25,459 bases of DNA, taken from positions 1 to 25,459 of the IMG/VR virus record IMGVR_UViG_3300024500_000099; one strand, 5' to 3'. The notes below the pieces were generated by a model, which was not told the DNA's origin, did no database searches, and saw only the letters and a list, made by a program, of their open reading frames with translations. Position 1 is the stretch's first letter, and each line of letters opens with the position of its first letter. The stretch is from a virus. Taxonomy: Duplodnaviria > Caudoviricetes. Shown here piece after piece: positions 5,657 through 14,783 of this stretch. The translations under genes were made by a program, and so were the position numbers.

Positions 5657-7000
5657 ATGCCCTTACAGATTCGCAGAGGCACTGAAGCTGAAAGAACAGC
5701 AATGACGCTGCCGTTAGCCGCAGGTGAATTGTTGTTTGTTACAAATACAGAACGCCTGTATGTTGGAAACGGCTCTACATTAGGTGGGGTGCCAATTACA
5801 GGTTATACCAACGAAGATGCACAAGATGCCGTTGGCTCAGCCCTTGTCGCTGGTAATGCAACGAACGGCAATATCACATTTACATATGGTTCTACACAAG
5901 ATACAGCAAACAGAATTAATGCCGCAGTTAACCTATCAAACTATGTAGGAACTATCGGCGCCACAGCAGTCAATGCCAACCTTGTAGCCAACGATGCTAC
6001 AGTATTAGTTAACGTATCAACCGGTGCTATTAATTTAAACGGAACAGTAAAGGGACATGTTATTCCCAATGCTACTGAAACTTATGATCTAGGTTCAGCT
6101 AGTTACAGATTCCGCGACTTATATCTAAGTGGATCTAGCATCAAGTTAGGTTCAGCTACAATTACATCATCAGGAACAGCAGTTGATTTACCAGCTGGAT
6201 CGACAATAGGCGGATCTCCAATTCCAGGTTTTGGATCTGGACAAAACATTAATGCAAATATTGTCGGCGATGACAGCACTATTTTAGTCAACACTTCGAC
6301 AAATACAATTCAAGGAACACACGTTGGTGTTCAAAGAGGTAACGTTCAAGCTTCTGACACTAGCGTGATGGTCAATGCTTCTACTAAAGCAGTAGCAGCA
6401 GAAACAGTGGCCGTTGGACCATATTTAAGTATTGCTGGTTCTAGCGGTATAACAGGTTCACCTCCTGTAGTTTCTACTACAAACGTAGCCACTAACCTAA
6501 TGGTGTTTGATGGAGTTGCATTAGAGATTTTAACTAACTCGGGAGCTGTTGAAGCAGGGTTGGCTGTAACAGGTATCACTTCGGGTGTCGCTACAACATC
6601 TTTAGTTGGATTATATGGATCTAGAGGAACTACCAGCAGCCCGGTAACAGTTAACAGCGGTGATGCATACAGCGGATTTATCTTCGGTGCTCACAATGGT
6701 TCTGGATATGTTCCTGGTGCTGCTATGTTTGCTTTATGTGACGGTGTGCCAAATTCAGCCAATCCTAGCGTTCCTGGCAAATATGTTATCACTGTTGCGA
6801 ACGGAACCAATGACATATTTACAGTTAACAAGCAGGCTAGCTTTAGCAGTAACGGTGTGTTTGAAGCCCCTATCTTTAAACCAGGTGCATATGCTACCGG
6901 TAGTTTACCATCTAGTCCAGCAGAAGGATGGATCGTGTTCGATTCAACAACCAAAGAATGGAAAGGTTGGAATGGAACACTATGGCAAGTATTAGGTTAA
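5657..7000 (+). CDS. Putative tail fibre / virion fibre protein with Mtd_N-like N-terminus
   Basis: N-terminus MPLQIRRGT...LAAGELLFVTNTERLYVGNG resembles major tropism determinant N-terminal domains. The body is G/S/T/N/A-rich, with a YDLGSASYRFRDLYLSG fibre-type motif and a C-terminal W-rich cap. AGGAG RBS before ATG 5657. Confidence 0.75.
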   Translation: MPLQIRRGTEAERTAMTLPLAAGELLFVTNTERLYVGNGSTLGGVPITGYTNEDAQDAVGSALVAGNATNGNITFTYGSTQDTANRINAAVNLSNYVGTIGATAVNANLVANDATVLVNVSTGAINLNGTVKGHVIPNATETYDLGSASYRFRDLYLSGSSIKLGSATITSSGTAVDLPAGSTIGGSPIPGFGSGQNINANIVGDDSTILVNTSTNTIQGTHVGVQRGNVQASDTSVMVNASTKAVAAETVAVGPYLSIAGSSGITGSPPVVSTTNVATNLMVFDGVALEILTNSGAVEAGLAVTGITSGVATTSLVGLYGSRGTTSSPVTVNSGDAYSGFIFGAHNGSGYVPGAAMFALCDGVPNSANPSVPGKYVITVANGTNDIFTVNKQASFSSNGVFEAPIFKPGAYATGSLPSSPAEGWIVFDSTTKEWKGWNGTLWQVLG

Positions 7001-7018
7001 AAACATTTTACTTCAATT

Positions 7019-7050
7019 AAAAGGTCTGCTAGTCAGACCTTTTATTTTTT
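7019..7050 (+). terminator. Intrinsic terminator
   Basis: AAAAGGTCTG-CTAGT-CAGACCTTTT followed by a T-rich tract. Confidence 0.8.
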
Positions 7051-7062
7051 ATAATATCACCT

Positions 7063-7070
7063 CATAAATA
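7063..7070 (+). promoter_or_regulatory. T4-late-like promoter motif (CATAAATA)
   Basis: Lies between the terminator and the first enzyme gene of the cluster. Confidence 0.5.
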
Positions 7071-7095
7071 ACTTGTCTAATTTGTTGGAGTTAAG

Positions 7096-7851
7096 ATGAA
7101 TCTTTCTATGCAGAAAAAAATGTGGATTTGGCATTCTTTTAGCCATGCAGCATTTTTTATTGGTCTATATTTTATAATTTTGAATCAGGCCTGGATATAC
7201 TTAATACTTGGTTTAGTGTTAATGTATATCAGTCAAATATTTGCCAGCATATCGTTACATAGGTATCTGGCGCATAAATCATTCAAGACTGGCCCGTTAA
7301 GAGACATCTTTCTAAGGTATATTACTATATGGACAGGATTAGGTCCTTCTATCATGTGGGTCATCGCTCATCGTCATCATCATGCTTACTCCGACACTGA
7401 AGAAGATTTTCAAAATCCTAGAATTATAGGATCCTTTAGATCTTGGTTTACAATATACCCAAAATTAAATTTTTCTCCTAGATGGGGTAAAGATTTGTAT
7501 AACAACAAACATAATCGGTTTATATACAATAACTATTTTAAGATTCAAATATTATTATACATAGTTGTCTTTCTAATTAATCCCTATCTGTGTTTTTCTT
7601 TATTAGCATTACCAGCAGTTGGTTGCTTCCACGGTGCCGCATCGATCGGAGTCCTAACACATCTTTGGGGATATAGACACTGGAACTCAAAAGATTCCTC
7701 TACAAATAATTGGATCTCGGCAATCATGATGCCCGGTGAAGGTTGGCATAATCACCATCACGCACGGCCTGGAGATTACAGATATGGTCATAAATGGTGG
7801 GAGTTTGATCCGCCGGCATGGGTCATTGAAAAGTTTTTAATATTAAGATGA
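7096..7851 (+). CDS. Membrane fatty-acid desaturase (delta-9-like)
   Basis: Three His boxes HRYLAH, HRHHH and GEGWHNHHH; hydrophobic TM segments; WWEFDP tail. Confidence 0.9.
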   Translation: MNLSMQKKMWIWHSFSHAAFFIGLYFIILNQAWIYLILGLVLMYISQIFASISLHRYLAHKSFKTGPLRDIFLRYITIWTGLGPSIMWVIAHRHHHAYSDTEEDFQNPRIIGSFRSWFTIYPKLNFSPRWGKDLYNNKHNRFIYNNYFKIQILLYIVVFLINPYLCFSLLALPAVGCFHGAASIGVLTHLWGYRHWNSKDSSTNNWISAIMMPGEGWHNHHHARPGDYRYGHKWWEFDPPAWVIEKFLILR

Positions 7852-8471
7852 TTGACACTACTGTTAATACTCCCGAAATAAAAATATGGTTATTTGATTA
7901 CGAAAATGACGAATGGGAAAGAGTTAGAAGTCTCTGTCTCGAAGAGGATAATTGGCTAAGAGAAAATTATCTACCCAATCGATGTAAAGTGTCAGATCAT
8001 AAAATATTTTTCATAGCCTATTATCACGACGGTAGGCCAATGATGTTTGGTGGTATAAAAGAATATACTCCAAATGTGGCAAGAGCATTTAATAGAATGT
8101 ATGCTTTTCCTTATGTAAGATCCCCTAAAAAATTCAACTATCATCACGGAATAATGATCAATGATATTCTAACCGCTATGGAAAATTCATTGGGATTTAA
8201 ATATAATCTTCTATTCGTTAGTATGCAAATGAGAAATAGAATTTATAGCGGAGAACAAAGGTGGTGGAAATTTTGGAAAGACAGCTGGTTTAAATGGGCT
8301 CCTGATTGGCAACCTGTAGATCGATTAGTTCAGACTTGCTCAGCTGATGTTCCGTCCTGCTATCAAAATATCGTTTATAGAGATTCTGAAAATTTTAAAT
8401 TTTTAGATTGGAACCCTGTGACACTATCGTATCAAGAATACGAACAAAGGTTTAAAAATGTATCCCAATAA
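7848..8471 (+). CDS. Hypothetical protein, possibly GNAT-fold acyltransferase
   Basis: Coupled to the desaturase. FFIAYYHDGRPMMFGGI...ARAFNRMYAFP resembles GNAT central strands, but the call is weak. Confidence 0.45.
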   Translation: MIDTTVNTPEIKIWLFDYENDEWERVRSLCLEEDNWLRENYLPNRCKVSDHKIFFIAYYHDGRPMMFGGIKEYTPNVARAFNRMYAFPYVRSPKKFNYHHGIMINDILTAMENSLGFKYNLLFVSMQMRNRIYSGEQRWWKFWKDSWFKWAPDWQPVDRLVQTCSADVPSCYQNIVYRDSENFKFLDWNPVTLSYQEYEQRFKNVSQ

Positions 8472-9543
8472 TATCAAAAGCGTCCACATAGAGCTAACAA
8501 ATAAATGCCAGGCTAGTTGTCCTATGTGTGCAAGAAACTATTATGGTGGTGCTGAACGAGAATATCTAAAACTAGATGAAATTACTTTAGACAAATTTAA
8601 ATCGTGGTTCCCTGTTGAATTTATAAAACAACTGACAAATTTTTATGCTTGCGGTAATTACGGTGATCCTATTATAGCTCAGGACTGTTTAGAAATTTTC
8701 AGATACATTAGAGAACATAACAAAGATACTCGATTGGCAATGCACACCAACGGCAGTGCTAGATCTACGGATTGGTGGAAGAATCTTGCAAAGGTTCTAG
8801 GAAAAAATTCAATGGTTGTTTTTGGTATAGATGGTTTTAAAGGACAGCATGAAATTTATCGAAGAGGCACTAATTTCGACAAAATAATAGAAAATGCCAA
8901 GGCCTTTATATCCGAGGGCGGTTCAGCAAGAGCAGATAGTTTAGTTTTTGAACATAACGAAAGCAGTGTTCGAGACCTTGAAAAATTTTTATTAGACATT
9001 GGATTCGAACATGTTAATTTCAAAACTACTAAGAGATTCTACGGAAAAGACGAATTTCCTGTCCAAGACAAAAATGGTAATTTTGAATATAATTTAAAGT
9101 CTGCTAAAACATCAGAGTGGAAGCAAGAGTTTAAAATTAATATAGAAAGTCTTCGGTCGAAAACATTTTTATCAACAATGAAAAAGAATGCAGTAATAGA
9201 ACCGGAATGTATTAAATTAAATCAAGTTTATGTAGACACACACGGAAACTTTTTACCCTGCTGCTGGGTAGGTTTTGATTATGTTGACGAATTAGAAAAA
9301 GACGATGGTTCTGCATTTACTTCTGCAAGAAATTATATGGTGCAAGAATCTAAATTATTTTTAAAGGAATTAGGAATACCTAATTTAAACAATAAAAATA
9401 TTTTAGAAATTTTAAAAGATAATGCTCTCTGGAGCAGTTTGCCCGATATATGGAATTCGGAAAACAAACCTTTAGCCTGTGTAAAAACCTGTTCTACAAC
9501 ATTGTATGATACGTTGTATGCTCACACTGTTAAGAAAGATTAA
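8458..9543 (+). CDS. Radical SAM enzyme with C-terminal SPASM/twitch-like domain
   Basis: CQASCPMC (CxxxCxxC), GNYGDP, HTNG, C...VYVDTHGNFLPCCW...CVKTC. Confidence 0.9.
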   Translation: MYPNNIKSVHIELTNKCQASCPMCARNYYGGAEREYLKLDEITLDKFKSWFPVEFIKQLTNFYACGNYGDPIIAQDCLEIFRYIREHNKDTRLAMHTNGSARSTDWWKNLAKVLGKNSMVVFGIDGFKGQHEIYRRGTNFDKIIENAKAFISEGGSARADSLVFEHNESSVRDLEKFLLDIGFEHVNFKTTKRFYGKDEFPVQDKNGNFEYNLKSAKTSEWKQEFKINIESLRSKTFLSTMKKNAVIEPECIKLNQVYVDTHGNFLPCCWVGFDYVDELEKDDGSAFTSARNYMVQESKLFLKELGIPNLNNKNILEILKDNALWSSLPDIWNSENKPLACVKTCSTTLYDTLYAHTVKKD

Positions 9544-10201
9544 CAGTAAATCCTTTAGACTTTAATTTTTTAATTATCGGTTCGATGATTGAATTATCAA
9601 CTACATTAAGTAATAATTCTCTATCATTCACTCTATCAAATCCTGTAACATAATGTGATTTGATCAATCTGTTAATTTCGGGCATGATCTCAATATAGCT
9701 TTCCTGCTTCCAATCAAACTCACCGCCTTCGATCCTTATTCGAGCATGTTTTTTATTAGGATCAAATTTTGGTAATAACAATCTTATATTAAGATGTATT
9801 CTATCTCGACCGCCAAAATTCGCGGCCACATGTATTTTAGAGGTATCCATTATCCATAGCTTTCCGTCGGCTGGCAGATGGTATAATTTAGAATCGCCTA
9901 GATCAATTATGTAACTATAAGGATTAGTGATTATAGCTATATGATATCTGTCATCGGGGTCGCCGTGTGCTGTGTAAGTTTCTGCAGATGTTAATCTCAT
10001 CAACCTAGCTTCTCCAATAGGACCTAGAATACTTAAAACTTCCCCTAGTGGTGTATTTTCAAATTCAGGCAAAGTTTCCCAAGGATCTCCAAAAAACGAT
10101 CCCGATGGTTTATTAATTGATAACCTTTTATCAAATTGGAGACTGTTGACCTGCTCAATTAACGGCACTATTGAAAATATTTTGTCTGTTTGTTTTAACA
10201 T
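9530..10201 (-). CDS. AspH-like 2OG-Fe(II) oxygenase
   Basis: ARLMRL...HGDPDDRYH (HxD)...IHVAANFGGRDRIHL. Confidence 0.7.
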   Translation of the reverse strand: MLKQTDKIFSIVPLIEQVNSLQFDKRLSINKPSGSFFGDPWETLPEFENTPLGEVLSILGPIGEARLMRLTSAETYTAHGDPDDRYHIAIITNPYSYIIDLGDSKLYHLPADGKLWIMDTSKIHVAANFGGRDRIHLNIRLLLPKFDPNKKHARIRIEGGEFDWKQESYIEIMPEINRLIKSHYVTGFDRVNDRELLLNVVDNSIIEPIIKKLKSKGFTVNLS

Positions 10202-10232
10202 TAAATACTCATATTATGTTGAAATATTTATA
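10200..10232. promoter_or_regulatory. Divergent late-like promoter pair
   Basis: ATTAAATA on + (10200-10207) and TATAAATA on - (10225-10232) around a 30-nt divergent spacer. Confidence 0.5.
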
Positions 10233-11089
10233 TGTCTGATAGAACAGCTAAAGAATACTCTGAAATTTATTTAGAAGTTGATAGACCAAAGCCTCTTACA
10301 GACAAAAAGATCGAACAATTAATAACTGAGGTGTTAGAAGGAAATATAGAAAAAGATATCTCTGATCAATTGTATATCGATTTTCAAAATAATTTTAAAG
10401 AATGGTTAAGCAGATCAAATCTCAATCAGTTGACTGGGTTTGATAGTTTTTATAGATCAGATATTTGTATAGGTTGCACACAGTTCATTGATAACTTATA
10501 CATGAAAGGTCCTATACAAGTTTTAAAAAATGATTATAGATATCACGAAAGACTGGGGTTGGCGTCTATTATGGATGTGGGTTCCCTAATTCCAGATATT
10601 CCTTTAATCGTAGCGATGCCGTTTCCCGGAGTTGGCGATCCACATCCGCACATGGAGAGTATTTTAAATGAATGTATGGAAAAAAATATTCCGATACACA
10701 TCGACGGAGCGTGGATCACGTGTAGCCGCGCTGTTAGTTTCAATTTTGATCACCCTGCTGTGGTATCTGTGGGCATTAGTTTATCTAAAGGTTTAGGGTT
10801 AGGTTGGAATAGAACTGCTATTAGATGGACAAAATCTCTCGAACCAGATTCCATATCTATCATGAATGATTTCCATATGAACAATCGAATTCCAATCATG
10901 GTAGCGAATCACTTTTTAAAAAATTTAAATCCCGATCACTTGTGGAATACTCACGAGAATCGTTATAATAAAATATGTAAGGATTTCGATTTAACTCCTA
11001 CTAACTCTATTCATATCGCATTACGAAATGGGTCGCCTGTAGGAGTAAGCTCTTTAATAAGGTATCTAGAAGACAATGAATTATTCTAA
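10232..11089 (+). CDS. PLP-dependent fold-type-I enzyme (aminotransferase/decarboxylase-like)
   Basis: IHIDGAW (Asp contacting the PLP ring) and SLSKGLG (Schiff-base Lys) motifs. Confidence 0.65.
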   Translation: MSDRTAKEYSEIYLEVDRPKPLTDKKIEQLITEVLEGNIEKDISDQLYIDFQNNFKEWLSRSNLNQLTGFDSFYRSDICIGCTQFIDNLYMKGPIQVLKNDYRYHERLGLASIMDVGSLIPDIPLIVAMPFPGVGDPHPHMESILNECMEKNIPIHIDGAWITCSRAVSFNFDHPAVVSVGISLSKGLGLGWNRTAIRWTKSLEPDSISIMNDFHMNNRIPIMVANHFLKNLNPDHLWNTHENRYNKICKDFDLTPTNSIHIALRNGSPVGVSSLIRYLEDNELF

Positions 11090-11807
11090 TATAGACGGCG
11101 TCGAGATACCGTTTGATCCAACCTGGAAAAACATAGGAATAGCAGTCAGTGGCGGTGCCGACAGTGCTCTGTTAGCATATATAATTTGCGACCTTTATAA
11201 AGATTCATCTGCAACTATACACATTGTTAATAATATAAGATGTTGGAAAACTAAACCTTGGCAGCAATACGATGCTGAAAAAATATTCAGATGGCTATTC
11301 CAAAAATTTTATCATACAAATTTTAAAAGGCACAGTAACTTTATTGCTCCGGAGTTAGAATATGCGAATATAGGAGCATCTCTTGTAGACGAATACGGCA
11401 AACAAGTCAGCGGAGACAATATTCAACAACGTGCCTTTGCAGAATATACCTGTCATACATACGAGATAGAAGCATACTACAATGCAGTTACGCGAAATCC
11501 AAGAAATGTAGATTTCCAAGGTATGTCAGAAAGAGACATAGAACCAACTGAAAGCAATAAACATCTATACCTAATGAAGCACATGAATACATGGGCAATA
11601 CATCCTTTTAGATTTGTAGAAAAAGATTGGGTATATAAACAATATAAAAATTTAAAAATTTTAGATCTATGGAATTTATCAAGAAGCTGCGAAGGAACAT
11701 TTGATAATATAGATTACACTACATATACTCCAAACAGCTTCGTTCCTGAATGTGGAAAATGTTTTTGGTGCAAGGAAAGACTATGGGCTCAACATGTTAA
11801 CGATTAA
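11076..11807 (+). CDS. QueC-like PP-loop ATPase
   Basis: IAVSGGADS PP-loop and C-terminal SRSC...CGKCFWCKER Zn-binding motif. Confidence 0.75.
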   Translation: MNYSNIDGVEIPFDPTWKNIGIAVSGGADSALLAYIICDLYKDSSATIHIVNNIRCWKTKPWQQYDAEKIFRWLFQKFYHTNFKRHSNFIAPELEYANIGASLVDEYGKQVSGDNIQQRAFAEYTCHTYEIEAYYNAVTRNPRNVDFQGMSERDIEPTESNKHLYLMKHMNTWAIHPFRFVEKDWVYKQYKNLKILDLWNLSRSCEGTFDNIDYTTYTPNSFVPECGKCFWCKERLWAQHVND

Positions 11808-12633
11808 CGGTCATCACTTTATAAAATTAGATAAGCATATAGATATCGAAAAGATACTAAGTCTAAAAGATGATTTTCATTTTTTGTTTTCCAGCCGCTT
11901 AGAAAAAGCTAGGACTGGAACTTTTCATATTGGCGGATTTGATCCTAACAATATGCCTAGTATATTTCGAGAAAAAGATATACTATATCTAACATTAAAA
12001 AAAGCAAATATAGAAAGACAAACAGATAAAGATCTAGATCAAAAACTTTCTTACTTTGAAGAAAATCAAGATAATGATGGGCTAGTAAGATATCTCAAAC
12101 TACGTTACCGGGCATGGGATCCTTATAACATTATGCAAATAAGGGCTACAGACCTTAAATTGTATTCTGCTGATGCTCTAACTTTTACAGATAAAGAATG
12201 GGATTCATATAATTGGATGGATGGAATAAATCCTAAGATAGTTGAGGTTCTAGAATCTCTTCCTTTTAAAAAATTAGGCACAGTAACACTATTTGTGAAT
12301 GAGCATTATATTCCTTTAGGGTATCATAGAGATTTCAATTACCTACCAGACGAAAAAGGAAACATGCCTAAGACATTCCCCCATCGTCAAGAAATGATAT
12401 GGATAAGATTTGATCTAGACAGACCTTTTTATCTAATCGATACAGATAATGATGAAGTTAAGCAAACAGAGATAGAAGGTTACTCTGTATTTTATAATCA
12501 TCATAACTGGCATGGAAACTTTACAGGAATCCCCTTCTCTTCTTTAACTATGAAAATCGAAGGTGCGTTTACTGATGATTTTAGAAAAACCATAGGTGTG
12601 GATAATCTAGAATATTATTATGAAGAACAGTAA
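11794..12633 (+). CDS. Putative 2OG-Fe(II) oxygenase
   Basis: GYHRD (HxD)...NHHNWHG...MKIEG; paralogous to 18709-19503. Likely start ATG 11794 (MLTINGHH). Confidence 0.55.
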   Translation: MLTINGHHFIKLDKHIDIEKILSLKDDFHFLFSSRLEKARTGTFHIGGFDPNNMPSIFREKDILYLTLKKANIERQTDKDLDQKLSYFEENQDNDGLVRYLKLRYRAWDPYNIMQIRATDLKLYSADALTFTDKEWDSYNWMDGINPKIVEVLESLPFKKLGTVTLFVNEHYIPLGYHRDFNYLPDEKGNMPKTFPHRQEMIWIRFDLDRPFYLIDTDNDEVKQTEIEGYSVFYNHHNWHGNFTGIPFSSLTMKIEGAFTDDFRKTIGVDNLEYYYEEQ

Positions 12634-13879
12634 AACTTTCTGTATGCATCCCTTTACTGGATTAGCGACCAGAGAAGATGGTGCTATACAAGTCTGCTGC
12701 CGCAGTCATCCTATTGGGTTTATACAGAAAGAAACCCTAGAGGAAGTGTGGAATAACGACACAATGAAACGCATACGTAAGTCAGTGCTTACTAACGAAC
12801 GTCCTCCAGAGTGCGAACCCTGCTTTAGCCTAGAAGATCAAGGCGTCGAATCCCTGCGACAACGTCATATAAGCGGTGTAATACCTGAAGCTAGGGTCAA
12901 CTTATACCCAGATGCTCTAACACGCTTAAACGACGATTACACTATGCCCTTTGAAATACCCACAATGGAACTAAAATTAAACAATTTGTGTAACCTCAAG
13001 TGCCGTATGTGTCATCCTGGAGACAGCACAAGTTGGAATGACTGGAATGTAATAAAAGAGTATTACAAAGATTCAGGCAAGGTTATTTTTGATCTTGTAG
13101 AGGAACATAGACTAGAAGATAAACCGTTGTTGGATAAATTTGAAGATAATCCAAACTGGTGGACAAGTTTAGAAAAGAACTTACCGTATTTCCGTCGTGT
13201 AGAATTCGCAGGTGGCGAGCCCCTAATGGATCCGCAACACTACAGAATTTTAGATATGCTGGCCCCGTATGGTCATCAAATTGAAATCAAGTATGCAACC
13301 AACTTAACTATGTTGGGCAAGAAGAATAGAACTGTATGGGAATACTGGCCTAAATTTAAATCAGTAGCTGTCAATGTTAGTATTGACGGTATCGGAGATA
13401 GTTATGAATATATACGAGGTAACGCCAGTTGGTCGGAAGTTGTAAACAATATCAAACAAATACAAACCATACCCAATATTAGTCGAATTGTAGGAGCAGT
13501 AGCAGTTCAGGTTAGCAATGTGTTGATACTAGATAAGATGATAGAACATTTTCTAGAAGACCTAGGAATTATATTTTATACCAACATGGTAAAGTATCCC
13601 GATGTTCTTTCTATTCAGACATTGCCAACACCCCTGAAAGATCTTGCCTACAAAAGATTAGAAGAAGTGAAAAGTCGTCTGCATACCTTCAACTCATTGA
13701 AGAATAATATTAAGCTGTTAAAAATAACAGAAGGACAGATTCAAGGAGTTCAAAATTATCTCCGAGCCACCGACTCGAGTCATTTGTGGGCAGACTGTGT
13801 GGAATTCAATCGTAGATTGGATCAGACTCGAAATCAAAGCTTCACAGATGTTACTCCGGAGTTTAAGCCTTATGCGTAA
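12620..13879 (+). CDS. Radical SAM enzyme with N-terminal twitch/SPASM-like domain
   Basis: N-terminal FCMHPF...DGAIQVCC...CEPCF, then CNLKCRMC, FAGGEP, YATN, SIDG. Confidence 0.9.
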   Translation: MKNSKTFCMHPFTGLATREDGAIQVCCRSHPIGFIQKETLEEVWNNDTMKRIRKSVLTNERPPECEPCFSLEDQGVESLRQRHISGVIPEARVNLYPDALTRLNDDYTMPFEIPTMELKLNNLCNLKCRMCHPGDSTSWNDWNVIKEYYKDSGKVIFDLVEEHRLEDKPLLDKFEDNPNWWTSLEKNLPYFRRVEFAGGEPLMDPQHYRILDMLAPYGHQIEIKYATNLTMLGKKNRTVWEYWPKFKSVAVNVSIDGIGDSYEYIRGNASWSEVVNNIKQIQTIPNISRIVGAVAVQVSNVLILDKMIEHFLEDLGIIFYTNMVKYPDVLSIQTLPTPLKDLAYKRLEEVKSRLHTFNSLKNNIKLLKITEGQIQGVQNYLRATDSSHLWADCVEFNRRLDQTRNQSFTDVTPEFKPYA

Positions 13880-14783
13880 AATTGCTAGTCTGTGGGAACA
13901 TCAAGATAAGGTAAAAGTTGAATGGAATTTAGGTAAGCGTTGTAACTACGATTGTTCTTATTGTCCTTCGAATATACATGATAATTTTAGTCCGCACACT
14001 GACATAAACATATTAGAATCTACCATAGATAAATTATGCGAACTAGAAAAGCCTTTACGTATCAGTCTAACAGGAGGTGAACCTTGTGTGCATCCGGATA
14101 TCGAAGAATTGTTCGATTACATGAAAAGAAAAGAAATCTCTTGGGTCAATGTTACAACTAACGGAACTAGAGGTTATCGTTGGTATTTAGATAATGAGAT
14201 GTTTTTTAACCATCTTGTATTCAGTTTACATTTCGAATATAATTGGACTAGAATAGTCGACACGATACTAAAGTTTTATGACTCAACCGAAAGAGATTTT
14301 TTTGTTAATATAATGGCACATCATGAAAAAATGGATCATGTAAGAACTGTGGTAAAGAAATTCGATGATATTGGAATAAAATATGCTGTAAGAAGAATTA
14401 GATGGACCGAAGGTGATCACAATGTATTTGATGATCTCAGATATAATGGTCAAGATCTAGAATGGATATTAAGTAAAAATTCTACAGTAAAACCCGATTG
14501 CGTGGTTGAGAATAATGACGGAACACCAGTATTCTTTCATTGCAACGATATTATAAAAAATAAATTAAACAATTTTAAAGGGTGGTCTTGTAATGCAGGA
14601 TTAGAAAGTCTTATGATAAATTGGGACGGGGAAGTTCATAGAGCTACATGTCGTGTTGGAGGTAGTTTAGGAAACATATACCAAGGAACGTTTGTTATTC
14701 CCTCTGAACCAATTATTTGCACAAGAGACTGGTGCACCTGTGCTGCGGATATCCCATTAACTAAGGAAAAAATAAATGTCTGA
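13872..14783 (+). CDS. Radical SAM enzyme with Cys-rich C-terminal domain
   Basis: CNYDCSYC, TGGEP, TTNG; tail CNAG...INWDGEVHRATC...CTRDWCTCAAD. Likely start ATG 13872. Confidence 0.9.
   Translation: MRKIASLWEHQDKVKVEWNLGKRCNYDCSYCPSNIHDNFSPHTDINILESTIDKLCELEKPLRISLTGGEPCVHPDIEELFDYMKRKEISWVNVTTNGTRGYRWYLDNEMFFNHLVFSLHFEYNWTRIVDTILKFYDSTERDFFVNIMAHHEKMDHVRTVVKKFDDIGIKYAVRRIRWTEGDHNVFDDLRYNGQDLEWILSKNSTVKPDCVVENNDGTPVFFHCNDIIKNKLNNFKGWSCNAGLESLMINWDGEVHRATCRVGGSLGNIYQGTFVIPSEPIICTRDWCTCAADIPLTKEKINV

Noticed and set aside
5657-7000. Diversity-generating retroelement target because of the Mtd_N-like domain
   Set aside because: No reverse transcriptase, template/variable repeat pair or recognisable C-type lectin variable region is visible in the window.
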